NCBI GenBank assembly: GCA_965213705.1
Contig: OZ243913.1
Span: forward strand, 3,008,001 to 3,072,000
Direction: 5' to 3'
From: Trueperaceae bacterium
GTDB lineage: Bacteria > Deinococcota > Deinococci > Deinococcales > Trueperaceae
DNA: 64,000 bases
The notes below the pieces were generated by a model, which was not told the origin of the DNA, did not search any database, and saw nothing but the letters and a program-made list of their open reading frames with translations. This document shows positions 8,778 through 19,074 of this stretch, piece after piece. The position numbers and the translations under genes are program-made. Numbering within the stretch: the first letter of the stretch is position 1; the number at the start of each line of letters is the position of its first letter.

Positions 8778-9476
8778 ATGGAAGACGTCAATTCAGGTAG
8801 ACCTCCGGCGGGTAGGTTCGTGACTGTCGAGAACCCGAAGCAGGCCGAGCTTTTGTCCGACACGGGTAGTTTTCGCTACTTTAAACCTTTTCTCGCTAAA
8901 GAACGCACCGTTTCGCAAGCCGCGGCGGAGGTGGGCTGCAACTTGGACACGATGCTCTACCGGGTGAAAATTTTTTTGGCGGCGGGTCTGTTGCAGGTGA
9001 CCCGCCTCGAGCCGCGCGCCGGACGGCCCGTCAAGCACTACCGTTCAGTGGAAGACGCTTACCTCATCCCGCTCAGCGCTACGCCCTACGCCGATGTTGA
9101 AGAACTAGTGAGAGGCCAGATGCAAGCGGGCCAAGACCTGCTCATTCGCGCGGTTGCCAAGTACCTGCGCAACGTGGAGCTAGAAGGGCGACGCGTTTAC
9201 CGCCGACGAGACAACGGAGAAGTTTGGCAGGAGTCGGCGGGCGAGTCGAAGATTGCCTTCGACTTTCTCGAGCCTGAAAGCTACCGAAACTACTTTGAAA
9301 AGCACCTTGGTCCGGTTGCCGAAGCATTTGCCAACGAATTTTTATTGACGGACGAGGAAGCAAAGGCGTTTTTGCTCGAGCTTTACGCCCTCTGGTTTCG
9401 CTACCAGGGCAAGGAGAACGAACCAACACGCAAACCGTACTACTTCAGTTTGGGTTTTGTGCCGCTCGAGCCTTGA
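8778..9476 (+). CDS. winged-HTH (ArsR-like) transcriptional regulator, divergent from the MFS gene
   Basis: RTVSQAAAEVG...YRVKIFLAAGLL...AGRPVKHYRS. Confidence 0.75.
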   Translation: MEDVNSGRPPAGRFVTVENPKQAELLSDTGSFRYFKPFLAKERTVSQAAAEVGCNLDTMLYRVKIFLAAGLLQVTRLEPRAGRPVKHYRSVEDAYLIPLSATPYADVEELVRGQMQAGQDLLIRAVAKYLRNVELEGRRVYRRRDNGEVWQESAGESKIAFDFLEPESYRNYFEKHLGPVAEAFANEFLLTDEEAKAFLLELYALWFRYQGKENEPTRKPYYFSLGFVPLEP

Positions 9477-9544
9477 CCCTAGTGACACCTTCAGCGCCGC
9501 ATGATTTTTGCTCGGGTCGGGCTGGCAATTCCCGCGCCACGACG

Positions 9545-11566
9545 CTAAGACTCTAACTGGTCTTTGGGCTCGGTGTTCGTGGCGTCTACGGTGGCGTCCG
9601 AGGTTTTTTGCTTCGCCCTGTCTTGGCCTTTGTCGACTTCCTCGGCGAGCGTCTGCGCGGCTTCGCGGGCGACGCGCCTCGGCAACAGGCCCACCTCGGC
9701 AAGCTCGTCGAGGGTGCTTTCAGCAGCGACGCGGCAGAGGATTTCCGCCTGGCGGCGGCGCAACCCGGCAGCGTCGCTGGAGCGTTCATCGAGTTCGTCG
9801 ATTTCGGCGACCGCTCGCTGTTCCCACTGTTCAAAAGTCGCCCTAACGGTTTCGACCGCGGCGGGGTCGAGGTTGGGAAGCTGGCTGAACAGCTCCAGGG
9901 TCTCGCCGGTGCGCCGCGCCGCGAGCCGCCGCGCGCTGGCCTCGGCGTAGGCAAGTTCGGTCGGGTCGCCGGCCGGGACGATTTTTAACAAAGCCTTGAC
10001 ACCTTCCAACAGGCGGGCGAAGCGGGGCCGTTCACGCTCGCGCGGGTTCAAGCCACCCTGACCCAGCGTCACCTCCTCGACCTGGTCGCCGACCTCGTTC
10101 AACAGGGTGCGGGCAACCACGCTCGGCAACAGCCCAGCGTCGCTCAAACGCTGGTAGGTTTCGTGCTCGACGAACAAGCCGCGGCGGGTGACGACCTCCA
10201 CCTCCTCGGCCTCGCTCAGGTTGATGCGTTCCAGAGCCGCGCGCGCTTCTCGCTCGGCGTGGTCGAGTTGCGCGGCCACGGCCGGGTCGTCCAAGCCGAG
10301 GCCGCCGAGCTGGTCGCGGGCGGCGCGAACCCCGGCCAGACGGGCACCGCCCGCCAGAAAGCGGTCGGCCCGGCTCGGCTCGTCCAAGCCGAGCCGGTGG
10401 ACGAGCGCCGAAATGGTGGTGGCGTTTAAGAGCAGCGTCGTGAGCACCACGCCGCCCGTCATGGCGATGAACAGGTCGCGCTGCGGCAGGGTTTCGGGCA
10501 GCGCCAGCGCCAGGGCTAAAGCCACGCCGCCGCGCAAACCGCCCCAAACGAGCACCGCCTCGTTGCGGAGCCCGACCGGCGGGATGTGCCCCAGGCGCTC
10601 GAGCGCCCACACCAGCGGCACCACCCCCAGCGCGCGGGCCACGAGCACCGCGGCGACGGCGAGCAAAATAGCGCCGCCGTAGCGCAGCAGCAGCGCGGGC
10701 TCGATGGCAAGACCGATAAGGAGAAACAGCAGCGCGTTGGCGACGTAACCGAGCGCTTCCCAGAGTTCGGTCCAGCCCACGCGGACCTCTTCCGAAGCCC
10801 GCACCGGTGCCGCCGCGGAAAGGACGAGCCCCGCCGCGAGCGTCGCCATAATGCCGGAAAAGCCGAACACCTCGTCCGCCAGCACGAAGCCGCCGTAGGC
10901 GACCGCCACCGAAAGCGCGGCGGCGGGCAACTTCTCGAGCCACGGCAACACGAATACCGCCACCCCGCCCACCACGACGCCGACCAGCGTGCCGCCGAAA
11001 AAGACCAGCACGAAGTCCAGCACGCCCTCAGCCACGCCCACCCGGCCGCCGAGCGCCGCGGCCAGAAAGATGTTGACGAGGACGATGGCGACGCCGTCGT
11101 TGAGCAGGCTTTCGCCCTCGACGAGCGTCAACAGCCGCCGCGGCACGCCGAGTTCGCGGAACACCGCCACGACCGCCACCGGGTCGGTCGCCGAAATGAG
11201 CACCCCGAACACGCCCGCCGCCGCCACCGGCACGCCCAGCCCGACCACGAGCGCCGCGCCGACCACGCCCGCCGACACGATGAGAGCGGGCACGGCGAGG
11301 ACCAAAATCGGCAAGAGGTTGCGAAAAAAAGCGCGGGTGGACAAGCCCAGCGCGGCCTCGAACACGAGCACGGGCAAAAACAAAAACACCACGGTCTCTT
11401 TGAACACCTCGCCCTGCAGGGGGTTCTCGAGCACAGCGCCCGCCCCGAAACCGACCACCGCCAGCACCACCGTAAGCGGCAGCCGCACCCGCTTGGCAAG
11501 TATGCCCAACAGCACAGCGCCCGCCAGCAGCGCCGAGAGTTGCAGCAACCACTCGGGCAGGTTCAC
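9545..11566 (-). CDS. CPA1-family Na+/H+ antiporter (NhaP-like) with C-terminal cytoplasmic extension
   Basis: FLPVLVFEAA, ISATDPVAV, EGESLLNDG, GGLRGGVALAL. Confidence 0.92.
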   Translation of the reverse strand: MNLPEWLLQLSALLAGAVLLGILAKRVRLPLTVVLAVVGFGAGAVLENPLQGEVFKETVVFLFLPVLVFEAALGLSTRAFFRNLLPILVLAVPALIVSAGVVGAALVVGLGVPVAAAGVFGVLISATDPVAVVAVFRELGVPRRLLTLVEGESLLNDGVAIVLVNIFLAAALGGRVGVAEGVLDFVLVFFGGTLVGVVVGGVAVFVLPWLEKLPAAALSVAVAYGGFVLADEVFGFSGIMATLAAGLVLSAAAPVRASEEVRVGWTELWEALGYVANALLFLLIGLAIEPALLLRYGGAILLAVAAVLVARALGVVPLVWALERLGHIPPVGLRNEAVLVWGGLRGGVALALALALPETLPQRDLFIAMTGGVVLTTLLLNATTISALVHRLGLDEPSRADRFLAGGARLAGVRAARDQLGGLGLDDPAVAAQLDHAEREARAALERINLSEAEEVEVVTRRGLFVEHETYQRLSDAGLLPSVVARTLLNEVGDQVEEVTLGQGGLNPRERERPRFARLLEGVKALLKIVPAGDPTELAYAEASARRLAARRTGETLELFSQLPNLDPAAVETVRATFEQWEQRAVAEIDELDERSSDAAGLRRRQAEILCRVAAESTLDELAEVGLLPRRVAREAAQTLAEEVDKGQDRAKQKTSDATVDATNTEPKDQLES

Positions 11567-11672
11567 GCCGTCACCTCACGCCTGTGCATCGCCGACCTCC
11601 GCCCTGGCACGTCTTCGAATTGTGAGCTAAACGATTCTACGCCGCGCGACCTGCTTTTGAGAAGACGTGCGT

Positions 11673-12554
11673 CTACTCGAGGCCGATGGCGCTGTTGACG
11701 GCCGCGCGCATCTGCAGCGCGGCTTCCCTGGCAACTGCGGCGTAGTCGTCACCCGCCGACGTGTAGGTAAGGCCCCGGCTCGAGGCAACCACCGCGCCAA
11801 AACCGTCTTCGTCGAAGGCGGCCGCCACGTCGTCGGCGGTCGCGCCCTGCGCGCCGTAGCCCGGCAACAGCAATACCGAGCGGGGCAAAATGTCGCGCAA
11901 GTGCTCTATTTCTTGCCAGTACATCGCCCCGACCACCGCACCCAGCGGGCTGTATCCGTCTCCGCCTACAAGCTCTCGGCTCCGCGCGGCAAGCTTGTAA
12001 GCCACGTGGTCGTACAGGTACATCCCCTCGCTCGACTCGACGTTTTGAAAGTCTTTGCCGCCGGGGTTCGAGGTTTTGACCAACACGAACAAGCCACGCT
12101 CGTTTTTCACCGCCGCGTCGATAAACGGCTCCAGAGCGTCCATACCGAGGTAAGGGTTGACGGTGAGGGCGTCGACCGAGAACACGCCTTCACCCAAGTA
12201 AGCCCGCGCGTAAGCCTCCGCCGTCGCGCCGACGTCGCCCCGTTTGGCGTCCAGAACAACCGGCGCACCTAAAGTTTTGAAGTCCGCGACGAGCTGTGCG
12301 AGCGCCACCAGCCCCGGAATGCCCAGGGCCTCGAAAAAGGCGCTCTGCGGTTTGTAGCAAGCGACCACGTCCTGCGTCGCTTCAATAATGTCCCGAAAGT
12401 AGCTTATAACGGCCTTTGCCACAGCTGCCGGGTCGCGGTCGAAACGGTCGGGGTGGGTCGAGGGGTGCGCCTCGGGCCGCGGGTCGATGCCGAGGCACAC
12501 GCGTGAGTTCGTCAGTTTCGTTCGCTCGAGCAGGCGTTCGCTGAAAGTCGGCAT
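11673..12554 (-). CDS. pyrF: orotidine-5'-phosphate decarboxylase
   Basis: CLGIDP, KPQSAFFE, DAKRGDVGAT, TVNPYLG, KTSNPG, LPGYGAQG. Confidence 0.95.
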   Translation of the reverse strand: MPTFSERLLERTKLTNSRVCLGIDPRPEAHPSTHPDRFDRDPAAVAKAVISYFRDIIEATQDVVACYKPQSAFFEALGIPGLVALAQLVADFKTLGAPVVLDAKRGDVGATAEAYARAYLGEGVFSVDALTVNPYLGMDALEPFIDAAVKNERGLFVLVKTSNPGGKDFQNVESSEGMYLYDHVAYKLAARSRELVGGDGYSPLGAVVGAMYWQEIEHLRDILPRSVLLLPGYGAQGATADDVAAAFDEDGFGAVVASSRGLTYTSAGDDYAAVAREAALQMRAAVNSAIGLE

Positions 12555-12650
12555 ACCGGGTTAGGCTAGCACTTCGGGCTGCCGCTCGCCGTCAAACGCA
12601 CACGCGCCACGGCAGCTTTGAATCAGACCTCCGGGGTGATGCAGCGAAGA

Positions 12651-12745
12651 CCACCCCTCTTTTTCACGACCCTCTTTCACCACCGAGGTCCGAAACGAGA
12701 CCTCCCTAAAACGAGACCTCCCTAAAGTGACCCCTCTTTCACAAA
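12651..12745. repeat. degenerate short direct repeats
   Basis: ACC(C)CTCTTT(TT)CAC x3 and AAACGAGACCTCCCTAAA x2 between the NYN gene and pyrF. Confidence 0.6.
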
Positions 12746-12812
12746 CGGGTTTTTAGGGCCGACGGTTTTTTCAGGGTCGCCTGGAAGCTGCCGGTAAAAC
12801 CTGCCGAGCGCG

Positions 12813-13334
12813 CTAAAAAAGAATCTTGTTCCAGTCGAACTCGTCGAGCGGGTGAAACCTGTCGACGTACTCGACCAACATACCCGCTGACTGGTTGCGG
12901 AACATGGCGCATTCGATGTGCTTGCCCCGGCGCTTGACCGCCTCGACCAGTTCGATATAGTCGCTGTCGCCGCTGACCAAAATGGCCGTGTCGTAGGCGT
13001 CTTCAAACGCGAGTTGCAACGACTCGACCGCTATGGCGACGTCTATGCCTTTCTCGACCAGCGAGCCGTCGTGGCGGCGGTGGAGCCGCCCTAAGCGCAC
13101 CGTCACGTAAGGAATGCGCCGCAGCGACTCGAAAAAGCGCTGCTGGCCTTCGCGCAACTCGGTATCGTAGTCGTCGGTAAGCGGGGCGTTGTAGTAGTAG
13201 GTGCGAAAAAGTTCACGGGAACCTAAAAGCTGCTTGATAAGGGCTTGCAAGTTGACGCGGGTGTTCGACAAGTTCTCGCGCATCCCGTTGTACAAGTTGC
13301 TGCCGTCGATAAACAGTGCGACGCGTTCTGGCAA
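12813..13334 (-). CDS. NYN-domain (LabA/DUF88) protein
   Basis: FIDGSNLY, EKGIDV, LVSGDSDY; TTG start with AAGGAG RBS. Confidence 0.92.
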   Translation of the reverse strand: MPERVALFIDGSNLYNGMRENLSNTRVNLQALIKQLLGSRELFRTYYYNAPLTDDYDTELREGQQRFFESLRRIPYVTVRLGRLHRRHDGSLVEKGIDVAIAVESLQLAFEDAYDTAILVSGDSDYIELVEAVKRRGKHIECAMFRNQSAGMLVEYVDRFHPLDEFDWNKILF

Positions 13335-13429
13335 AAGAGGTCTCCTTGAGATAGGCTTTTGGTAAATACCTCTTCAGTGTACCTGTCGGACCCGGCTTAG
13401 GGAAGAGGGGAGGGCGGTATACTTAAAAC

Positions 13430-13915
13430 ATGATGAAACCCGTCCACAAACCCGAGTCCTTCAACTTAGACCACAGCAAAGTCCGCGCGCCTTACGTGCG
13501 TTTGGCCGGGCGCTACCAGGGCGAGCGCGGTGACACGGTCACCAAGTACGACCTGAGACTGGTCCAACCCAACGAGGCCGAGATTCCCACCGCCGCGCTC
13601 CACACCATCGAACACCTGTTGGCGGGCTACTTGCGGGACGCGCTCAGCGAACAAATCGTCGACGCCAGTCCGATGGGTTGCCGCACCGGTTTTTACCTGA
13701 CTGTGCTCGGCACGCCGCAAGAGGCCGACGTTCGGCAAGCCCTCGAGACCGCCCTTCAAAACGTCTCGGCGCACGAAGGCGCGGTTCCCGGGTGCAGCCC
13801 CTTGGAGTGCGGCAACTACCGCGATCACTCGCTGCCAGGGGCCAAGGCTTGGGCCGACAAGGTTTTGGCGAACGACATCATCGTGCAAGAAACGGTGGCG
13901 CTCCAGCCGGCTTGA
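13430..13915 (+). CDS. luxS: S-ribosylhomocysteine lyase
   Basis: ESFNLDH, HTIEHLLA, SPMGCRTGFY, CGNYRDH. Confidence 0.96.
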   Translation: MMKPVHKPESFNLDHSKVRAPYVRLAGRYQGERGDTVTKYDLRLVQPNEAEIPTAALHTIEHLLAGYLRDALSEQIVDASPMGCRTGFYLTVLGTPQEADVRQALETALQNVSAHEGAVPGCSPLECGNYRDHSLPGAKAWADKVLANDIIVQETVALQPA

Positions 13916-14011
13916 CACCCCCTCTCGAGTCCTGAAAAGCAAGGTTTTTCTCAACCTTTTTGAGCGCCCAGGTTTACCTCTCTCATAAAAGGTTGCGTCA
14001 TAATGGGCTAT

Positions 14012-14689
14012 ATGGAGCGTAAACCCCTGGTTTTGATCGTCGAAGACGAAAAAGAAATTGCCAAATTTATCGACTTAGAGCTGCAGGCCGAAAGCTACGA
14101 AACGATTGTCACTTACGACGGCGTGACGGGTTTGTCGAAGTTCCGCGAGATGAACCCCGACCTGGTCGTGCTCGACTTGATGCTGCCCGTTTTGGACGGC
14201 CTGGAAGTCGCGCGGCGCATCCGCAAAACGAGCAACACGCCGATTATCATCCTCACCGCCAAGGACAACGTCGAGGACAAAGTCGTGGGCTTGGACTCGG
14301 GCGCGGACGACTACCTCGTCAAGCCGTTTTCCATCGAAGAGTTGCTGGCGCGGGTGCGCGCCCACCTGCGCCGCGTCAACCCGGCGGTGACCGGCGAGGT
14401 ACGCGTGGCCGACCTCGTCATGAACTTGGACGGCCGCGAGGTGTTCCGCGACGGGCGGCGCATCGAACTTTCGGCCAAGGAGTTCGAACTGTTGGAACTG
14501 TTCGCGCGCAATCCCGGCAAAGTGTTCAACCGCTTCGAAATCGAAGAAAAGGTGTGGCCCGAGTACACGGGGGGGAGCAACGTGGTCGACGTGTACGTCG
14601 GCTACCTGCGGCGCAAGCTGGAAAAGGACGGGGAGCGGCGACTCATCCACACGGTGCGCGGCGTCGGTTACGTGCTGCGCGAAGAGTAG
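14012..14689 (+). CDS. OmpR/PhoB-family response regulator
   Basis: Receiver (VEDE, DLMLP, KPF) plus wHTH (IHTVRGVGY); CATAAT 7 nt before ATG 14012 favours that start. Confidence 0.93.
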   Translation: MERKPLVLIVEDEKEIAKFIDLELQAESYETIVTYDGVTGLSKFREMNPDLVVLDLMLPVLDGLEVARRIRKTSNTPIIILTAKDNVEDKVVGLDSGADDYLVKPFSIEELLARVRAHLRRVNPAVTGEVRVADLVMNLDGREVFRDGRRIELSAKEFELLELFARNPGKVFNRFEIEEKVWPEYTGGSNVVDVYVGYLRRKLEKDGERRLIHTVRGVGYVLREE

Positions 14690-14695
14690 GTTTAC

Positions 14696-16180
14696 ATGTC
14701 CTTACGCCTGCGCTTGACCCTCTTTTACACGCTGTTTTTGGCTGTGGTGCTGGTCGCCGTGGCCGGGGCGGTTTATGCGTTTACGCAGCGGACGCTTGTC
14801 ACCACCTTAGAAGACAAGGCGGAGGAACTCGTCACGGGCGTTGCCGTCGCTAAAAAGTTGTCGGTTATTCAACCTTTACCCGACGACGCCTACTACATTA
14901 TCAAAAGAGATTTTCTCGGTCGTGAGTCGAGAGAGGCTTTACTCAGCGGTCAAACCAACCCGGCAAACTTTTACTCGAAGGGCACGGTCCGGCGGCCACC
15001 CAGCGAAATCGACTTGTTCAAGCTCGTTCCCGAAAGGGTTTACGACGAGTTGTTCGCCTCCAAACGTGCGTTTACGCAACTCAGTATTCCCAACACCAGC
15101 GTTAAGCTCATCGTTTACCTCCGCCTACACGATCTCTCTATTTTTGACACGCCCGAGCGTCCAGCTATCTCGCTACTGGCTCTGCCCTTTCCGACGGCGA
15201 CCTTGAACAACCTTCGCGGTTTGCTTTTGCGTACCCTCTTACCCGCCTTCGTCGTCTTCGCCATCGGCGTGTGGCTGCTGTCGTCACGCGTCCTTTCGCC
15301 CTTGAAACGCATGACCGCGACCGCCGCGCTTATCAACAGCCGCGACCTGTCGCAGCGCGTGCCGGTGTCAAAAACCAACGACGAACTCAAGGAACTCGCG
15401 GTCACGCTCAACAATATGTTGGAACGCCTGCAAGAGTCGTTCGAAACGCAGCGGCGCTTTACCGCCGACGCCTCGCACGAACTGCGCACCCCCGTGACCG
15501 CCATCGTCGGACACGCCAACTACATCTTGCGGCGTACCAAACCGAGCCCCGAACAAGTCGACTCGCTCACGGTCATTCGCCGCGAGGGCGAACGCATGGC
15601 GAAGCTTGTCAACGACCTGCTCGAGCTGGCTCGGGCCGACGCCGGTTTCGCCATCCAGCGCGAGCCTATGAACTTGGTCGAGGTCGTCGAGGCCGTCCAC
15701 ATGGACGTGGCCCCTATCGCCGGGGCGACCGAAATAGACGTGTCCGTGTCCGCCCCGCTCATCGAAGTCTTGGGCGACGCCGCCCGCCTCAAACAGGTCG
15801 TCTTGAACCTCGTGTTGAACGCCGTCAACGCGGGCTCGAAACACATCACGGTGTCGCTCAGCAAAGAAAAACGAGATGTTCGCTTGGAAGTCTTGGACGA
15901 CGGCCCCGGCATCCCCGAGTCGGCGCTGCCCCACCTGTTCGACCGCTTTTACCGCGTCGACGGCGCGAGAACGACGCGCGGCAACGGCAGCGGCCTGGGC
16001 CTGGCAATCGTCAACTGGATAGTCCAGCAGCACGGCGGCACTGTTCACGTCGAGTCGCGTTTGGGCGAAGGCACGGTGTTCACCGTACTGCTGCCCGCCC
16101 TCAACCCTAAAATGACGGAAACCCCCTTTTTGACTTCGGTACGACCACCGGCCAAACCGCAGACGAAAACCGCTTCTTAA
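14696..16180 (+). CDS. HAMP-domain sensor histidine kinase
   Basis: Two TM helices, HAMP, ASHELRTP H-box, DDGPGI and GSGLGL. Confidence 0.93.
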   Translation: MSLRLRLTLFYTLFLAVVLVAVAGAVYAFTQRTLVTTLEDKAEELVTGVAVAKKLSVIQPLPDDAYYIIKRDFLGRESREALLSGQTNPANFYSKGTVRRPPSEIDLFKLVPERVYDELFASKRAFTQLSIPNTSVKLIVYLRLHDLSIFDTPERPAISLLALPFPTATLNNLRGLLLRTLLPAFVVFAIGVWLLSSRVLSPLKRMTATAALINSRDLSQRVPVSKTNDELKELAVTLNNMLERLQESFETQRRFTADASHELRTPVTAIVGHANYILRRTKPSPEQVDSLTVIRREGERMAKLVNDLLELARADAGFAIQREPMNLVEVVEAVHMDVAPIAGATEIDVSVSAPLIEVLGDAARLKQVVLNLVLNAVNAGSKHITVSLSKEKRDVRLEVLDDGPGIPESALPHLFDRFYRVDGARTTRGNGSGLGLAIVNWIVQQHGGTVHVESRLGEGTVFTVLLPALNPKMTETPFLTSVRPPAKPQTKTAS

Positions 16181-16478
16181 AAGGCAAAAAACACGTGCCG
16201 CGCACAGTAAAGTCTAAACGCACCCGCAGACTTATGAGCGGTGTGTTTCGATTTTCACCTTTCTGGCCGCGAAATTCAGGCTTTGGCGTTTGTTGGCACC
16301 GACTCGTCTCAGGTTGGCAAGGCGACTCGAGCTGTGGGGTGAAAATGCGGGTGCCGACACACTTCGGGAAGAATCAGCCCCTGGTGCAGCTATTGCAAGA
16401 CGAGGCGCAAAAAGACTTTACCCACAACCTTATACTGGGCGAAGACTTGCTGGAAATCCCCGTTTAAGAGGTCTAACC

Positions 16479-17504
16479 ATGAGTTTGTTTTTAGAAGCCG
16501 CGCGCGGCCACAACACAGAGCGCGCCCCTATTTGGATTATGCGCCAAGCCGGGCGCTACCTGCCCGAGTACCGCGCCATCAAAGCAAAGTCCAACTTTTG
16601 GGAGATGTGCCGCACGCCCGAACTGGCCTGCGAAATCACCCTGCAACCGATAAAGCGCTTCGGCTTGGACGCCGCCATTTTGTTTCAAGACATCATGACG
16701 CCGTTGCCGCCGATGGGCGTGAAAATCGACTTCAAACCCGGCCCGGTGTTCGAAAAACCCATCCGTTCCGAGGCAGCTATCGACGCCCTGCACGTGCCGG
16801 AACAGGGCGAAATCGCGCCTTACGTCGCCGAGGCGATAAAGTTGATTCGCGGGGCCTCGAGCACGCCCCTTATCGGTTTCGGCGGCGCGCCGCTCACCCT
16901 GGCGACGTACATGATTCAGGGCGGCGGCAGCAAAGACTACGAAGAGTTTCGGCAGTTTTTGCGCTACGCGCCCGCAGCAGCACATAAACTTTTGGACAAG
17001 CTTACCGAGGTCAGCATTCGTTACTTGAGAATGCAAGTCGAGGCGGGCGCGCAGGCGATTCAGCTTTTCGACTCTTGGGCCGGACTGCACAATGCGCACA
17101 CTTACAGTGAATTCGCGCTGCCTTACAACCGGCGAATCTTTGAGGCGCTGGGGTCTCTCGACGTCCCCCGGCTCTATATCGCCGTCAACGCCCTGCACCT
17201 CTACGGCGAGATTCAAAAACTCCCCTGCGAGGTCGTGAGCGTGGACTGGCGCGCGCCGCTCAGTCAGGTGCGGCCGCTGCTGCCGGGAAAAACTTTGCAG
17301 GGCAATCTCGACCCGGCCGTCTTACTCGCGCCGAAAGAAACTATCACGCGAGAGGCCGAGCGCGTGCTGTGGGAGGGCCTCGGCGGGCCGCATATCTTCA
17401 ACTTGGGCCACGGCATCATGAAGCAGACCGATCCCGACCATCTGGCTCACCTCGTTGAGACGGTGCAGGGTTTCGACCGGGCTCGAGCCTTGGCGGAAAC
17501 TTGA
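16479..17504 (+). CDS. hemE: uroporphyrinogen decarboxylase
   Basis: PIWIMRQAGRYLPEY, QLFDSWAG, LQGNLDP, HIFNLGHG; GAGG RBS before ATG 16479. Confidence 0.95.
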   Translation: MSLFLEAARGHNTERAPIWIMRQAGRYLPEYRAIKAKSNFWEMCRTPELACEITLQPIKRFGLDAAILFQDIMTPLPPMGVKIDFKPGPVFEKPIRSEAAIDALHVPEQGEIAPYVAEAIKLIRGASSTPLIGFGGAPLTLATYMIQGGGSKDYEEFRQFLRYAPAAAHKLLDKLTEVSIRYLRMQVEAGAQAIQLFDSWAGLHNAHTYSEFALPYNRRIFEALGSLDVPRLYIAVNALHLYGEIQKLPCEVVSVDWRAPLSQVRPLLPGKTLQGNLDPAVLLAPKETITREAERVLWEGLGGPHIFNLGHGIMKQTDPDHLAHLVETVQGFDRARALAET

Positions 17505-17555
17505 GAAGCGCGGCCTAAATACCTCCTTGTGTAAGCCTTTGTGTAGAATGACGGC

Positions 17556-17756
17556 ATGGCGACCAACCTACAAATCGACAACGAACTGCTCCAAGAAGCT
17601 CAGCAGCTCGGCAACTTCAAAACCAAAAAGGACACGGTCAATCAAGCCCTCAAAGAATTTGTTGAGCACCACAAACAGCTCGAAATTTTTAAGCTCAAGG
17701 GACAAATCGACTATTTTGACGACTATGATCACAAAAAAGCACGTCAGAAACGGTGA
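17556..17756 (+). CDS. vapB: VapB-family antitoxin
   Basis: MATNLQIDNELL...TKKDTVNQALKEF (RHH-type); overlaps the PIN toxin gene. Confidence 0.85.
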   Translation: MATNLQIDNELLQEAQQLGNFKTKKDTVNQALKEFVEHHKQLEIFKLKGQIDYFDDYDHKKARQKR

Positions 17757-18166
17757 AGGTTATTGCCGATACGACAGTCTGGTCTCTCTTTTTGAGGCGT
17801 CAGCAGCCTTTTACTATGCCCGAGGTTGACGCATTAGACAAGCTCATTCTTGAAAACCGTGTACAGATGTTGGGGATTATACGTCAGGAGTTGCTGTCCG
17901 GTATCAGGGAGCTTACCCAATTTCGCAGATTGAGTAGAGCTACAGAAAGCTTTCCTGATTTGCTGGCAACTTCTGAAGATCACTTGGTCGCCGCACAGAG
18001 CTTCAACGCTTGTCGCCGCAAGGGAATTCAAGGCGTCGCCGTCGACTTTCTAATCTGCGCTCAAGCTATCAATCATGACATGCCTATTTTGACGCTCGAC
18101 GAAGACTTCCAGAGCTACGCGACGGTCATACCCATCACACTTCTCACAACAGAGCAGGGTCTATGA
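17753..18166 (+). CDS. vapC: VapC PIN-domain toxin
   Basis: IADTTVW, ELLSG, VDFLICA, LTLDEDF acidic PIN residues. Confidence 0.9.
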   Translation: MKVIADTTVWSLFLRRQQPFTMPEVDALDKLILENRVQMLGIIRQELLSGIRELTQFRRLSRATESFPDLLATSEDHLVAAQSFNACRRKGIQGVAVDFLICAQAINHDMPILTLDEDFQSYATVIPITLLTTEQGL

Positions 18167-19074
18167 CCCGCCGCAAACACGTCTACCAGGTTATGCAAGA
18201 AGGCCAAGCCAAACTCGTCGCGGCCTTTGAGAAGACGGATGGCAAGGGTAAATTCACTCTTCACACCTGGGAGCGTCCCGGCGGCGGGGGCGGTCGGGCG
18301 ATGGCGCTTAGCGGCGGGGCCGTCTTTGAAAAAGCGGGCGTCAACGTCTCGGCCGTGCAGGGCGACCAGGTTCCGCCGAGCCTCGCCGCGCAACATCCCG
18401 GCACGGCGGGCAAACCGTGGTTCGCCACGGGCATTTCACTGGTGCTGCATCCACAAAACCCTTACGTTCCCGCTTTTCACGCCAACTATCGCTATTTCGA
18501 AATAGGGGCCGAAGGTGAAACGAGCGACGTTTGGTGGTTCGGCGGCGGCGCGGACATGACACCGAGTTATGCGTTTGAAGAAGACATCAGCCACTTTCAC
18601 CGAACGCTCAAAGCCCAGTGCGACCGCCACCCACAAGCGGACTATGAGGCGTTCAAGAAAACCTGCGACGCCTACTTTTACATCAAGCACCGTCAGGAAA
18701 TGCGCGGGGTGGGCGGCATCTTTTTCGACGAACTTTCCCCCGTCGGGCGGGGTGATTGGGCGGCGGATTTGGCTTTTCAGAAAGACGGCATCGACACCAT
18801 CCTCAGCGCCTATTTGCCCGTCGTCGAAAAGCGCAAAAACACGTTATACGGCGAGCGCGAGAAGCAGTGGCAACTCTACCGCAGGGGCCGTTACGCGGAG
18901 TTCAATCTCGTCTACGACCGCGGTACGCTGTTCGGCTTGCAGACAACCGGCAACATCGAGGCGATTTTGATGTCGATGCCGCCCCTGGCACGCTGGGCTT
19001 TCGACTACCGGCCCGAGCCGGGGAGTGACGAGGCAAAGATGCTCGAGTACCTACAGCCGAAAGACTGGGTCTAA
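18163..19074 (+). CDS. hemF: oxygen-dependent coproporphyrinogen III oxidase
   Basis: FEKAGVNVS, HANYRYF, WWFGGGAD, RGVGGIFFD, RRGRYAEFNL. Confidence 0.95.
   Translation: MTRRKHVYQVMQEGQAKLVAAFEKTDGKGKFTLHTWERPGGGGGRAMALSGGAVFEKAGVNVSAVQGDQVPPSLAAQHPGTAGKPWFATGISLVLHPQNPYVPAFHANYRYFEIGAEGETSDVWWFGGGADMTPSYAFEEDISHFHRTLKAQCDRHPQADYEAFKKTCDAYFYIKHRQEMRGVGGIFFDELSPVGRGDWAADLAFQKDGIDTILSAYLPVVEKRKNTLYGEREKQWQLYRRGRYAEFNLVYDRGTLFGLQTTGNIEAILMSMPPLARWAFDYRPEPGSDEAKMLEYLQPKDWV

Noticed and set aside
10586..11698. 370-aa plus-strand ORF (likewise 21335-22570, 40241-41599, 55346-56536)
   Set aside because: Antisense shadows of well-supported genes.
16195..16467. 90-aa ORF between the kinase and hemE
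   Set aside because: No RBS or recognisable family, and it overlaps a terminator-like hairpin. It could be a gene remnant, but this is unsupported.
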